DNA of 64,000 nucleotides from Planctomycetota bacterium (GTDB lineage Bacteria > Planctomycetota > JAJSAM01 > JAJVHW01). The position numbers and the translations under genes are program-made. Below, in pieces: positions 30,416-42,093 of this stretch (the stretch's first letter is position 1; each line of letters opens with the position of its first letter). The DNA lies in assembly GCA_965248445.1 (NCBI GenBank), contig CBDFJG010000002.1, forward strand, positions 224,001 to 288,000, given 5' to 3'. Under the pieces are notes generated by a model. The model was not told where the DNA came from. It made no database searches and was given only the letters and a program-made list of their open reading frames with translations.

Positions 30416-32341
30416 ATGCTGACTCGTCGTCGCTCCATCTTGTCGTTGTCGCTCGCAGCCGTGCTGGCGGTACCGGCCGCGTCTGCCGCTCCCGAGGTCG
30501 TCACTCGGTCCGACCGGCAGGTCGTATCTGCGGACGCGTTCATCGAGCGCCAACTCGCGGACGTCCCGCCGGCCGAGCGCCGCCGTCGGGCACTGCGCAA
30601 CGGCCCGATGCGCGTCCGGAGCGGCTCTCGCCTGTCGGGGCGCGTCTTTGCCAGCAACCTCGTCATCGAGCCCGGCGCGCCGGTGACCGTGGCGCACGGG
30701 ACCACGATCTTCGTCACCGGCGACGTCGAGATCGGGGCGCCGTTGATCGGAGAGGCACCGCTGTCCACGGGGTCCGCGGGCGAGCGAGTCGCGAAACGCG
30801 CGCGGCTCGAGCGTGGCGTCGATGGGGCAGACGCGGCCGCGATAACGATCATCTGCGACGACGGCAATCTCCGCGTCGACGCAGACATCATGGGGGCCAG
30901 CGGCGCAGACGGCGCGGACGTGACGATCACCGGGAGTGCCGCCGCGGGCGGAAACGGGGGCAATGGTGCGAGGATCATCTTGAAGTGCAAGGGCACGATC
31001 ACGATCGCGGCCGACGTGGCACCCGGCTTCGGCGGACGAGGCGGTGATTGTGAGGTCACGGGCCAGGACGGGGTCGCCGGGGCGAACCGCGGCAACGGTG
31101 GAAAAGGCCAGAGCGTGAAGAAGTGTGTCGGCGGAGACGGCGGTAGCCCCGGCACGGTGCTCATCAAGGCGCAGCGCCTCGTCATGGAGGTCGACGGCGA
31201 CGGCAGCGCGCTCGGACGCATCGGTCTGACCCAGGGTGCGCCCGGCGGCAACGCCACGGCCGCCGGCGGTCGGGGCGGCGACGCGACCGAAGAAGGCAAG
31301 CGTGGTGGCAAGGGCGGGACCGCGAAGGCCACCGGCGGTCGGAGCGGTGTCGGAACACAGGCGCGCATCGACGTGAAGTCGATCGAGCCCGCTGGGTTCG
31401 AGATAGCCGACCTCATCCAGTTCATCCCCGGGCAGAACCAGTTCACCGGCGGAGGCGAAGCCTTCGCGACCGGCGGTGCCGGCGGGGCGGCCGACGACTT
31501 CGCGGGCGCCGGTACCGGAGAGCCGTGCCGGACGCGCGGTCGCCGCGGCGGTCGTGGCGGCGCCGGGGGGACGGCCAACGCGAAGGGCGGGCGGGGCGCT
31601 CGTGGTGCCGCACTCTCCGGTCAGGGTGTGTTGCGCGGTCGCACCGTGCGGGCGTTCGAAGAGGATGCGTATGGGGGCGGCTTCGCCGACGCGGTGGGCG
31701 GCACCGGAGGGCGCGGCGCGCGCGGCCAGATCGGGAAGCGTCCCGGCAACGGTGGAGGAGGTGGTCGGGGTGGCAACGCCAACGCCACCGGCGGCAAGGG
31801 CGGAGCGGCTGTCAGCGCGGCCGACGGACTCGACGGGCAGGATGGTGCGGACGCGGGCGACGGAGGCGACGCGGGGGACGGCGGCGACTGCTGCGAGAAG
31901 CCCGACGGAAGAGGCGGTGCCAGTGGTCCGCGCGGCCGCGGTGGGAAGCACCGCGTCGCGTCGGGGAACTCGACGAACGTCCCGTCCGAGGACGGGTCCG
32001 ACGGGTCCGATGGGCTCGCGGGGGCGGATTGTCCGCCGTCACTCGGTAATGCGGTGGGCGCGGCCGTGTTCGAGTTCTTCGATCCGGATGGTGACTGCGT
32101 CATCGACGCGCCCGAGAACACGGCGAACTTCGTCTTCGCCCTGATGCTGACCAATGCGTCGGAAGTTGCCGCGAACGGAGTGACCTTCACGGTGACGAAC
32201 GGAGCGCAGGAGATCGCCCGACAGGCCGTGGACATCCCTGGCAGCCTCGGAGGGGTGCCCGGGTCGACTCTCGCCGGTGGCGCCATCGCGGTCGGCAGCG
32301 CGGGTCAGCGGATCAGGCTGAAGTTGACGGGCGCCTCGTGA
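30416..32341 (+). CDS. Secreted glycine-rich (GGxGGx) protein
   Basis: AAGGAGAG RBS; signal MLTRRRSILSLSLAAVLAVPAASA; many GGxGGx tracts and scattered Cys; beta-rich C-terminus. Confidence 0.85.
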   Translation: MLTRRRSILSLSLAAVLAVPAASAAPEVVTRSDRQVVSADAFIERQLADVPPAERRRRALRNGPMRVRSGSRLSGRVFASNLVIEPGAPVTVAHGTTIFVTGDVEIGAPLIGEAPLSTGSAGERVAKRARLERGVDGADAAAITIICDDGNLRVDADIMGASGADGADVTITGSAAAGGNGGNGARIILKCKGTITIAADVAPGFGGRGGDCEVTGQDGVAGANRGNGGKGQSVKKCVGGDGGSPGTVLIKAQRLVMEVDGDGSALGRIGLTQGAPGGNATAAGGRGGDATEEGKRGGKGGTAKATGGRSGVGTQARIDVKSIEPAGFEIADLIQFIPGQNQFTGGGEAFATGGAGGAADDFAGAGTGEPCRTRGRRGGRGGAGGTANAKGGRGARGAALSGQGVLRGRTVRAFEEDAYGGGFADAVGGTGGRGARGQIGKRPGNGGGGGRGGNANATGGKGGAAVSAADGLDGQDGADAGDGGDAGDGGDCCEKPDGRGGASGPRGRGGKHRVASGNSTNVPSEDGSDGSDGLAGADCPPSLGNAVGAAVFEFFDPDGDCVIDAPENTANFVFALMLTNASEVAANGVTFTVTNGAQEIARQAVDIPGSLGGVPGSTLAGGAIAVGSAGQRIRLKLTGAS

Positions 32342-32727
32342 AGAAGTTCACGATTCGCGCGGTGGAGGTCGCGTGTCAGGAGACGTTCAACGACGTTCCG
32401 ACCGCGACGTTCTCGATGACCATCAAGGACGGCACGACCGAGGTGTTCGGCGGGAGTGCGTTCGGTCCTCTCCCGGTGGGTCGCACCCTCAGCATCACCG
32501 GTACGCTGTTCAAGGACGGCGGCGGGCCTGACCTCACCAACACCAGCCTGGAGATCCGGGTCGACGGTCAGACTATCTACTCCGAGGAGGTCGCGGGACC
32601 GGTGGCGAAGCTCACGGCCGTCCCGCCGGGCACCGGGACGGTCACGGCGTCCGGCCCGGGTTGCTTCGAGATCCTCATCAACGGTGTCGTCGACAGCCGG
32701 TTCCAGATCGGCACCATCGACCCGTAG
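32338..32727 (+). CDS. Hypothetical beta-rich protein, possibly the frameshifted C-terminus of 30416..32341
   Basis: Coding-like codon pattern; GTGA overlap but no SD or signal peptide. Confidence 0.6.
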   Translation: MKKFTIRAVEVACQETFNDVPTATFSMTIKDGTTEVFGGSAFGPLPVGRTLSITGTLFKDGGGPDLTNTSLEIRVDGQTIYSEEVAGPVAKLTAVPPGTGTVTASGPGCFEILINGVVDSRFQIGTIDP

Positions 32728-32948
32728 CAGACCGCCGGGGCACCCGGGTGCGTACGCCCGGGTGCCGGCGCTCGGCCGGTGCCCGTGCGGCGTGATCGAC
32801 GACCCTGTCGGCGGTCCCGCGGGTACCGTGAGGCCGCTGTGAACGAGACTCCGCCCCGGAAGCCCCGCAGTCCGGCGTTGATGGTCGTGGCGCTCCTCGC
32901 CAGCCACTGCGTTGGTGTGTCCTGTGCGCGCACTGACGAGGCGGGTGC

Positions 32949-33485
32949 GTGACCGTGCCGACTCCGCGGTCGGGACCGGATGGACTTCACATTCGGCACG
33001 CAGTCCGCAGCGACTTTGCGCGACTGACGGAGATCCGCGCGCAGCGAGGTGTTGCTCTCGAGGAGGCGCGGACCTGGGCCGAGCGAAACGTGGCGCGCGC
33101 CGAGGATCCCGAACTCGACTGCGTGCTGTTCGTGGCCGAACACGAAGGCCTGGTTGTCGCCTACGGCGTCGCGGCGCACTTTGAACCGCCGCCCGACGCC
33201 CCGGCGAACTGCGCACTCGCAGGCGACTACCTGGTGGGGCTGGGTGTCGACATCGCGCATCGGCGGCGCGGCATCGCGACGGCGCTCGTGCGTCGCCGGC
33301 TCGAGTGGATTGCGGGACGAGCGGATACGGCGTACTACTTCGCGGATGACGACAACGCCGCGTCGATCGCGCTGCACGACCGATTCGGGTTCGAGCCCGT
33401 GATGCGCGGCATCTGGTTCCCAGGGCTGCAGAGCCCGGACGAGCCGATGACGCTCTATCACGCGCCGGCCGTCGAGCGGGCCTGA
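32949..33485 (+). CDS. GNAT family N-acetyltransferase
   Basis: Motifs LGVDIAHRRRGIATAL and NAASIALHDRFGF. Confidence 0.9.
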   Translation: MTVPTPRSGPDGLHIRHAVRSDFARLTEIRAQRGVALEEARTWAERNVARAEDPELDCVLFVAEHEGLVVAYGVAAHFEPPPDAPANCALAGDYLVGLGVDIAHRRRGIATALVRRRLEWIAGRADTAYYFADDDNAASIALHDRFGFEPVMRGIWFPGLQSPDEPMTLYHAPAVERA

Positions 33486-33596
33486 CTGCGGCCGTGCGGT
33501 CGTGGAGGAACACGTCGCGGCTCTCGTTCTCGTCGGCAGGGACGAGATTCGTGGGGGTGGGCGCGATCCACAGACCCGCTATGGCCGGGCTGGAGG

Positions 33597-35870
<2,274 letters not shown>

Positions 35871-35890
35871 CTATCGACACGACTCTGTGA

Positions 35891-35919
35891 TTGCCACAAG
35901 TTACCAATTGCAGTAGAGT
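35891..35919 (+). promoter_or_regulatory. Candidate sigma70 promoter TTGCCA-N17-TAGAGT of the Fur-family gene
   Basis: -35 at 35891-35896 and -10 at 35914-35919, in an AT-rich patch between divergent katG and fur genes. Confidence 0.55.
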
Positions 35920-35928
35920 GTCATACAG

Positions 35929-36363
35929 ATGGGCACCCGATTCGACGACCACACCGCCCTGCGCGAGCTGTTCCGCGACCACGGGCTCGCGTTCACCGTG
36001 CAGCGGCAGACGATCTACCGCGTGCTCCGGGAGCGTGAAGACCACCCGACCGCCGACGATGTCTACGAGGTCGTCCTCGACCGACTGCCGGGTGTCAGTC
36101 GCACCACGGTCTACCGCTCGCTCGAGTCGTTCGTGGACCGTGGGCTCGCCCGCCGCGTCGGCCACCCCGGCGCGAGCACTCGCTACGACCCCAAGACGCA
36201 TATGCACCACCACTTCGTGTGCGAGGACTGCGACGCGTTGATCGATGTGGAGCCGGCCTCCGTGCTGGGCGTCGATCGTCCGCGCATCCGCGGCCGCGGG
36301 CTCACCGTGCATGACGTGAGCGTCCAGTTCACCGGGCGCTGCTCCGACTGCCGCGCCCAGTAG
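35929..36363 (+). CDS. Fur family regulator (PerR/FurA-like)
   Basis: Motifs TVQR, HPTADDVY, SRTTVYRSL, RYD, HHHFVCEDC, GRCSDC; divergent from katG. Confidence 0.93.
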   Translation: MGTRFDDHTALRELFRDHGLAFTVQRQTIYRVLREREDHPTADDVYEVVLDRLPGVSRTTVYRSLESFVDRGLARRVGHPGASTRYDPKTHMHHHFVCEDCDALIDVEPASVLGVDRPRIRGRGLTVHDVSVQFTGRCSDCRAQ

Positions 36364-36381
36364 CCCAGTAGCCCAGTAGCC
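36355..36381. repeat. 8-bp tandem repeat GCCCAGTA x3 + partial, spanning the fur stop codon
   Basis: Units begin at 36355, 36363 and 36371. Confidence 0.8.
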
Positions 36382-36395
36382 GGCTAGGCGCGCGC

Positions 36396-37883
36396 CTACT
36401 GCGCGCGGCGCAACGCGACCAGCTGGTACACCTCGCCGGCGCCCAGCCGGATGCGAGCGAGCCGTTGCACCGGGCCGCGGCGCCCGGACTCCTCGAACAG
36501 CACGAGCGCCGGTGACGCAGGCGCGAGACGACCGACCTCGGTCCACTCTCCACCAACCCGCTCGACCATCCGGGCCGCGTCGCGCTCGCTGGCGAGAATC
36601 AGGTCGACGTCAGCGCGCGCCGTCGCGTCGAGCACGTCGAGGTGGCGACCGAGCGAGAGCGTCGCCGCACGGTCCCGCAGGCCGTAGTACGCCTGGAATC
36701 CGGCGAGCACGTGGTCTCCCGGTTGCACGTGCGCTGCGATGAACGCGTCGGCTCGAGCGGGGTCGCGGGCCTCCCATTGGATCCCGGTGACGGCTGTGCG
36801 GAGCGGCAGTCCCGCGCACGCGGCAGCGAGTAGTCCCCACCCAGCGATGCGAATGGAGCGTCCCTCGTGTGCGAACGCGCGGTCGAGCTGTGCGACGGCG
36901 CCCACTGCAACCGGCAGGAACGCCATCCACGTGTAGTAGCTCGGGTAGCGCCCCGCCATCGCCATACCGGCCGGGATCACGAGCAGTGCGAGCACCGCGA
37001 AGATCGCCGGGCGCACGTCCGAATTGCCGCGGCGCACGCACCAGACGGCAGCAATGACCGCCGCGGCTGCCAGCGCACCCGCACTCGGATCCGTCACGAA
37101 CACGCCGGGCATCGAGCCGAACAGATGATGCGCCCGCGTGCCGAGATCCGAACGCAGACCACCGCGCGCCATGTGCTCGATCAGCGTCTCTCGCGTACCG
37201 GCGACCGTGTGCAGCACGTGGAAGAGCCCGTATCCCGCCGCCATGCCGGCCCCGGTGACGACGGCGTCCACAAGCCGCTTGCGCCCGAAGCAGGCCAGGC
37301 CGAGGCCCGCGATGAGGGCTCCGTACGGCATCAATTGGAGACCGCAAAACGGAGCGGCGATTCCGATCGCCAGTAGAACCACTCGGCGGCGCAACGCCGG
37401 CGCGATGGCGAGCGCTGCGAACGCGAGGGCAACGAGCACGATGCCCTCGACGTCGTAGCGCCCGCTGCGGTACGTGCGCGTGATTCCGAAGCCGGTGACG
37501 ACGGTCGCAGCGAGCGCTATACGGAGCCACGGGCGGGTGACAGCGCCGAGTCGGCGCGCGCCGCACCACATCGCCACGGCGGCGCCCGTGATCAGGAGGT
37601 GATTGAGCGAACGGGCGGCCAGCATCCCGGTACCGAACACCTTCATCCAGGCGGCCAGGAGCCACGTGTGCGGGCGGCCGAGCGCCATCACTCCCGCGAC
37701 GTCCGGGTCCCATGGATAGCTGCGCGTCTCGAGGCCCGCGCCGCTCAGCCAGCGGAACACGGGATCCACGACCTGCACCTCGTCCTGCCAGGCGATGGGC
37801 GACCGCGCGCCGGTGACGAGGTTCACGACGAGGGCCGTTCCCAGCACGACCGCCAGCGCGGTGCGTTCGCGCGAAGCCGTCAT
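36396..37883 (-). CDS. Polytopic membrane protein, probable GT-C fold glycosyltransferase (ArnT/PMT-like)
   Basis: Acidic WQDE motif after the first TM, then FG....ARSL, GRYD and many TMs; coupled to the GT2 and sulfotransferase genes. Confidence 0.7.
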   Translation of the reverse strand: MTASRERTALAVVLGTALVVNLVTGARSPIAWQDEVQVVDPVFRWLSGAGLETRSYPWDPDVAGVMALGRPHTWLLAAWMKVFGTGMLAARSLNHLLITGAAVAMWCGARRLGAVTRPWLRIALAATVVTGFGITRTYRSGRYDVEGIVLVALAFAALAIAPALRRRVVLLAIGIAAPFCGLQLMPYGALIAGLGLACFGRKRLVDAVVTGAGMAAGYGLFHVLHTVAGTRETLIEHMARGGLRSDLGTRAHHLFGSMPGVFVTDPSAGALAAAAVIAAVWCVRRGNSDVRPAIFAVLALLVIPAGMAMAGRYPSYYTWMAFLPVAVGAVAQLDRAFAHEGRSIRIAGWGLLAAACAGLPLRTAVTGIQWEARDPARADAFIAAHVQPGDHVLAGFQAYYGLRDRAATLSLGRHLDVLDATARADVDLILASERDAARMVERVGGEWTEVGRLAPASPALVLFEESGRRGPVQRLARIRLGAGEVYQLVALRRAQ

Positions 37884-38629
37884 GATGTCCAGGCGGAGAG
37901 GTCGAGATCGAACGCGTGTGTCAGCGCAGCGTTCGACTCCTGAAATCGCTCGCGCAAGAGCGCGAGGACGGACGACGGAGTCTCCGGACCCGTGCGTTCT
38001 GCGGAGTGCACGCGCTCAGTGAACACGTCTGGGACGAAGTCCGTTTCGACACCGGCGAACTCGAACACCTCGCGCAGCCGCTCCCGCGATGTGCTGAGGT
38101 CTTCGAGCAGCACGACGCGCAGCCGGTCCCCGAAGACGTCGGCGTACGGGGCGAGGTACTCGACGTATCGGCCGCGGCGCACGTATGCGTAGGGCGAGGC
38201 GGACAGACGAGTTCGGTCGTAGTCCTGCCAGCGTTCGTCCTCGTCGCGGAACGCCACTTCCATCGGGTCGGCCTCGAGGCCGTTCTCGACACTGAACCAG
38301 TAGTTCGAGACAGCGCGCTCCACGGGGTCGCGAAGCACGACGATCAACTTGACGCCTGGGAGCGTCTCATCGATGCGGCGCGCGCACTCGGGGTACTCGA
38401 GGTAGCTCGTGCTCTTCTCCCCGCGGACGAGTTCGTCGGTCGCGCCGCCGAAGTAGCGCTGTTCGTAGTCGTCCAGCGAGATCTCCGTCGCCGCGCGCTG
38501 CAGGAAGTACTTCGGCTCCGGCCGCACGGGCTGAGCCATGGCTACGTCCGGGTGTGCATCAAGGAGCCGGTACAGGTATGTCGACCCCGACCGCTGGGCT
38601 CCCGGAATGACGACGTATCGCCGCGACAT
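37880..38629 (-). CDS. Sulfotransferase
   Basis: PAPS-binding GAQRSGSTYL, EPKYF, GEKSTSY, LRDPVERAVSNY, RGRY. Confidence 0.92.
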   Translation of the reverse strand: MSRRYVVIPGAQRSGSTYLYRLLDAHPDVAMAQPVRPEPKYFLQRAATEISLDDYEQRYFGGATDELVRGEKSTSYLEYPECARRIDETLPGVKLIVVLRDPVERAVSNYWFSVENGLEADPMEVAFRDEDERWQDYDRTRLSASPYAYVRRGRYVEYLAPYADVFGDRLRVVLLEDLSTSRERLREVFEFAGVETDFVPDVFTERVHSAERTGPETPSSVLALLRERFQESNAALTHAFDLDLSAWTS

Positions 38630-38636
38630 GGTCCCG

Positions 38637-39617
38637 TCAGCGGCCCCCACCGACGACATCGCGCACGTGGTAGTTCTGCGTCGTGCTGGTCTGGCGCAGC
38701 AGACGGACGAGGTACTCGCCGATCATGCTCAGCATCAGCACGGTCACCCCGTTGAGGAATGTCAGGAGCACGACGATCGACGCCCAGCCCGGGACGTCGC
38801 CCACTCCCATCAGGGCGCGGATGCCGAACCACACGCCCACCGCCATGCTCGCGACGGCCACGAACGCGCCGAACACCGTGACGACGCGCAAGGGGTACGA
38901 CGAGTAGTTGAACAGGATGCGCATGACCAGTTCGGTGATCTTCACGAACCCGTAGCCGCTCGTACCGATCTTGCGCGGTTCGTGACGCACGTCGACGCTC
39001 GCGCGCCGACCGGAGTGCATCATCGCCAGTCCTGGCACGTACGGGTATCCCGTGCGGAAAGCGCAGATGCGCTGCACGACGTCGCGGGTCAGGATGCGGA
39101 AGTTCGAGATCGTCAGATCGCGGGGTTGGTCAAAGACGCGCCGGTTGATCCACGTGACGACGCGACTGCCCAGTCGGCGGTGTGTGGCGTGCTGCTTCTG
39201 CGCGAAGCGGCCGAAGACCAGGTCGTACCCCTCGTGGATCTTGCGGATCAGGTGAATCATCTCCTCCGGCGGATTCTGCAGATCGTCGTCGAGGGTGATG
39301 ACGTAGTCACCGGAGGCGTGGGCGAATCCGCACACGAGCGCGTTGTGCTGTCCGTAGTTGCGGAGCAGGTCCACGGCGACGACGGCCGGGTGCTCGGCTG
39401 CGATCCTGCGAACGGCCTCCCAACTTCCGTCGGTGCTGCCGTCGTTGACGGCCACGACCTCGCCGTCGAGTCCCGCCCGGTCGAACACCTGGAGGCAGCG
39501 CGTGATCACCTCGCCGACGGAGTCCTGACTGTTGTAGACGGGGATGACCGCCGAGTAGCGGACGGCTCTCGCCTGCTCGGGCAGATCGATCGGGTGGGCG
39601 GCTTCGGTCTCGCTCAT
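38637..39617 (-). CDS. GT2 polyprenyl-phosphate glycosyltransferase (ArnC/GtrB-like)
   Basis: Motifs VIPVYN, VNDGSTDGS, RNYGQHNALVCG, LDDDLQNPPEE; two C-terminal TMs ending IGEYL. Confidence 0.93.
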   Translation of the reverse strand: MSETEAAHPIDLPEQARAVRYSAVIPVYNSQDSVGEVITRCLQVFDRAGLDGEVVAVNDGSTDGSWEAVRRIAAEHPAVVAVDLLRNYGQHNALVCGFAHASGDYVITLDDDLQNPPEEMIHLIRKIHEGYDLVFGRFAQKQHATHRRLGSRVVTWINRRVFDQPRDLTISNFRILTRDVVQRICAFRTGYPYVPGLAMMHSGRRASVDVRHEPRKIGTSGYGFVKITELVMRILFNYSSYPLRVVTVFGAFVAVASMAVGVWFGIRALMGVGDVPGWASIVVLLTFLNGVTVLMLSMIGEYLVRLLRQTSTTQNYHVRDVVGGGR

Positions 39618-39775
39618 GGTGGCGCGCTCGGAGCGCGAGTCTGCCACACGTTCCCGGATGTCCGGGCGTTACTATCCCCTCGCGCCGTGACGATCACGAC
39701 TGACCCCGGAATTCCGCAGTCCTCGCGCGTGGAAGGCGAGATCCGCTAGCCCGTCCCGGACGGCGGCGCGCCGCG

Positions 39776-40648
39776 ATGGCGATTCTCTGTCCCCGCTGCC
39801 GCGCGGCCCTGCCTGCGGTCGATGGGGCGTGCAGTTCGTGCGGTCGCCCGGCGGTCTTGTCCGACGGCGCCGTGTTGTTCCATCCCGAGGTCGCCGGCGA
39901 CCACGCCGACTACGACGCGGGGCGGCATCAGCGCCTGCGCGAAGTGGAAGCGGCGCACTTCTGGTTCGTGACCCGGCGTCGTGTCATCGCCGGGATGTTC
40001 GAACGGCACGTTGCCTCGTCTGCGCGCGTGATCGAGATCGGTGCCGGAACCGGCGGCAACGCGCGCATGTTGCAGGACCTCGGCTACGGGAACTTGGCGG
40101 TCGGGGAACTCCACTCCAGTGGCGTGCGGCTTGCGGAGGAGTATGGAATCCGCGAGCGCTATCAGCTCGATTTGCTCCGCAATCCGTTCGTCGAGGAATT
40201 CGATGCCGTGGCGCTGTTCGACGTCATCGAGCACATCGAGGAGGACGCGGCGGCAGCGGGAGAGTTGCACCGCATGCTGCGTCCGGGTGGGCATGCCCTC
40301 TTCACCGTACCTGCGCACATGTGGCTGTGGAGCGCGCACGACGTGCGGGCGCGCCACAAGCGCCGCTACACGAAGCGCACGTTTCGGGCGTTGCTGCAAG
40401 GCGCCGGGTTCGAACTGCTCGAGCTGCGCCACTTCTTCTCCGCGCTACTGCCGATGCTGCTCCTGCGTCACTGGCGCCACGACCCGGACGTTCCCGTGGA
40501 ACCCGGCGGACACGAGCCGGATTTCCATCCGCCGGCGGCGCTGAACACCGCTGCGCGGATCGTGCTGGGGATCGATGCATCCATCGCTCGCGCCGTCCCG
40601 CTGCCGGCCGGCGGGAGCATGTGGGCCGTGGCACGCAAGCCCGGCTGA
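39776..40648 (+). CDS. Class I SAM methyltransferase with N-terminal Zn ribbon
   Basis: Motifs CPRC..CSSC, HFWF..RR, IEIGAGTG, DVIEHI, TVPAH..LWS.HD...H.RRY. Confidence 0.9.
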   Translation: MAILCPRCRAALPAVDGACSSCGRPAVLSDGAVLFHPEVAGDHADYDAGRHQRLREVEAAHFWFVTRRRVIAGMFERHVASSARVIEIGAGTGGNARMLQDLGYGNLAVGELHSSGVRLAEEYGIRERYQLDLLRNPFVEEFDAVALFDVIEHIEEDAAAAGELHRMLRPGGHALFTVPAHMWLWSAHDVRARHKRRYTKRTFRALLQGAGFELLELRHFFSALLPMLLLRHWRHDPDVPVEPGGHEPDFHPPAALNTAARIVLGIDASIARAVPLPAGGSMWAVARKPG

Positions 40649-40653
40649 CGTCG

Positions 40654-42093
40654 TCAGTCTGACGCGGGCCGCTCGGCGAGCCAGCGGCGGAACCGCAGGT
40701 CCAGCGCCGGGAGATCGAGCCCGGTCGCCTCGCGGATCGCATCCTCTGCGCGTTCACTCTTGCCGATCCGCCGCAGCAGGTCGTTGCACTGGTTCGCGCG
40801 GCCTTCCAGGAGGTACGCGGCGAACGCGTGCGCGACCAGCGCGTCGGCGGCGGTGAAGATCCGCAGCGGCCGGTGCAGGACGTCCCGCAGCGCAGGTGCG
40901 TCGTCGCCCGCGAGCAACTCGCGTGCGGCGCGGTACCAGTCCTCGTCCCTCGAGAGCGACCGCAGGTCCTCTCCCTCCGCGTTCCCGTACCGCGACTGAC
41001 CGACCATCCAGTTCAGCCGGGTACCGCAGAGTTGCCAGGTCAGACGCAGCCCGAAGCCCTCACCCGCCCACGCGTGCTTGCCGGAATCGACGCCGAACTC
41101 GCGCAGGAGCATCTTGTTCACGGTCTGTCGCGTTGTGGCGTCAATGCGCCGCTCTGACGGTGCGAGCCAGGTCCCGAAGTCGTTTGTGTTCGGTATCCAG
41201 TAGCCGCCGAGTTCGCGCGTGCGCCGCTTGTGCTTGCCGCCCTGGAGGGCGGGGTGGGCGCCCACGAAGGCGATGCGCAACTCCTGCGTGTGAAGGAGGT
41301 AGAGGCGATACGGAGCCCACAACTTGCGCTTCGCACCTACGGCTGCGCGCAGGAGTGCAGGGGCCGCCTCGGCGCACAGCGCGGCGCGGGCGGACTCTCC
41401 CGGGCTGGTTGTCGAGAGCGCCTGCACGTTGTAGGTGAGGCTCGCTCCGCGCCATTCGACCCCGAGCTTCTGCTGGAAGTCGGACGGCTCGAACGCAGCA
41501 GGTTCCCCGATCTTCGTGAACGCTTCGGCGACGGTCTTCGTCAGCGCGGCGCGCACCTCGGCGGCCATCACGGTCTCGCTGAGCACCCACTCGCCGGCGC
41601 CGAGGTCGATCTCGTCGTGCCTTCTGCGCACGGAGGCGTCGGCGGGCGACAACTCCACGAGATCGGCCAACACGCGTTCGACCGTGCCCCCCGCGAGACC
41701 GGGATGCTGGTCCAGCAGCGCGAGGACCCGGGTCGTGTGTCCGGACAGCACCTCCGCGCGCCGGTGCGGGTACTGCGCGAGCGCGGACCTGTCGCGATCG
41801 CCCTTCTTCGCCATCCGCGGACTGCGGCCCCAGGAGCCGTCTGACTTCTTCGCGAACCCCAGCCACTTCCGCGCATCCGGCTGATCCTCGTCGAGCGTCA
41901 GGATGTGGTTGGCGATGTCGGTCTTTTTGTCGTGCAGGCGGCGCTTCTCGCACCACTTCCCCAACTCGACGAGGAGCGCGGGCAGCTCCGCGCGCGTCTT
42001 CTCGAGGTCGGTGGTGAAGTCCTGTGCGCGCACCGGCACCGCGGCGACAGCTGCCAGGACGATGGCGGTCAGCGCGATCAGTTGGATCCTCAT
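40654..42093 (-). CDS. Secreted hypothetical protein (479 aa), degenerate gluzincin/DUF1570-like; paralog of 43504..44943
   Basis: Signal peptide MRIQLIALTAIVLAAVAAVPVRA; ATGA overlap with the CPBP gene; LGKWC..ARKWLG and AWAGEGFG, but no HExxH. Confidence 0.8.
   Translation of the reverse strand: MRIQLIALTAIVLAAVAAVPVRAQDFTTDLEKTRAELPALLVELGKWCEKRRLHDKKTDIANHILTLDEDQPDARKWLGFAKKSDGSWGRSPRMAKKGDRDRSALAQYPHRRAEVLSGHTTRVLALLDQHPGLAGGTVERVLADLVELSPADASVRRRHDEIDLGAGEWVLSETVMAAEVRAALTKTVAEAFTKIGEPAAFEPSDFQQKLGVEWRGASLTYNVQALSTTSPGESARAALCAEAAPALLRAAVGAKRKLWAPYRLYLLHTQELRIAFVGAHPALQGGKHKRRTRELGGYWIPNTNDFGTWLAPSERRIDATTRQTVNKMLLREFGVDSGKHAWAGEGFGLRLTWQLCGTRLNWMVGQSRYGNAEGEDLRSLSRDEDWYRAARELLAGDDAPALRDVLHRPLRIFTAADALVAHAFAAYLLEGRANQCNDLLRRIGKSERAEDAIREATGLDLPALDLRFRRWLAERPASD

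Noticed and set aside
30044..32286. Minus-strand Pro/Ala-rich ORFs (30044..31951, 30268..31578, 31621..32286)
   Set aside because: They are antisense shadows of the glycine-rich gene, which has the RBS, signal peptide and promoter.
32739..32766. Hairpin GGCACCCGGG-N8-CCCGGGTGCC after the 32727 stop
   Set aside because: It has no U-tract and only one copy was seen; too weak to call a terminator or REP.
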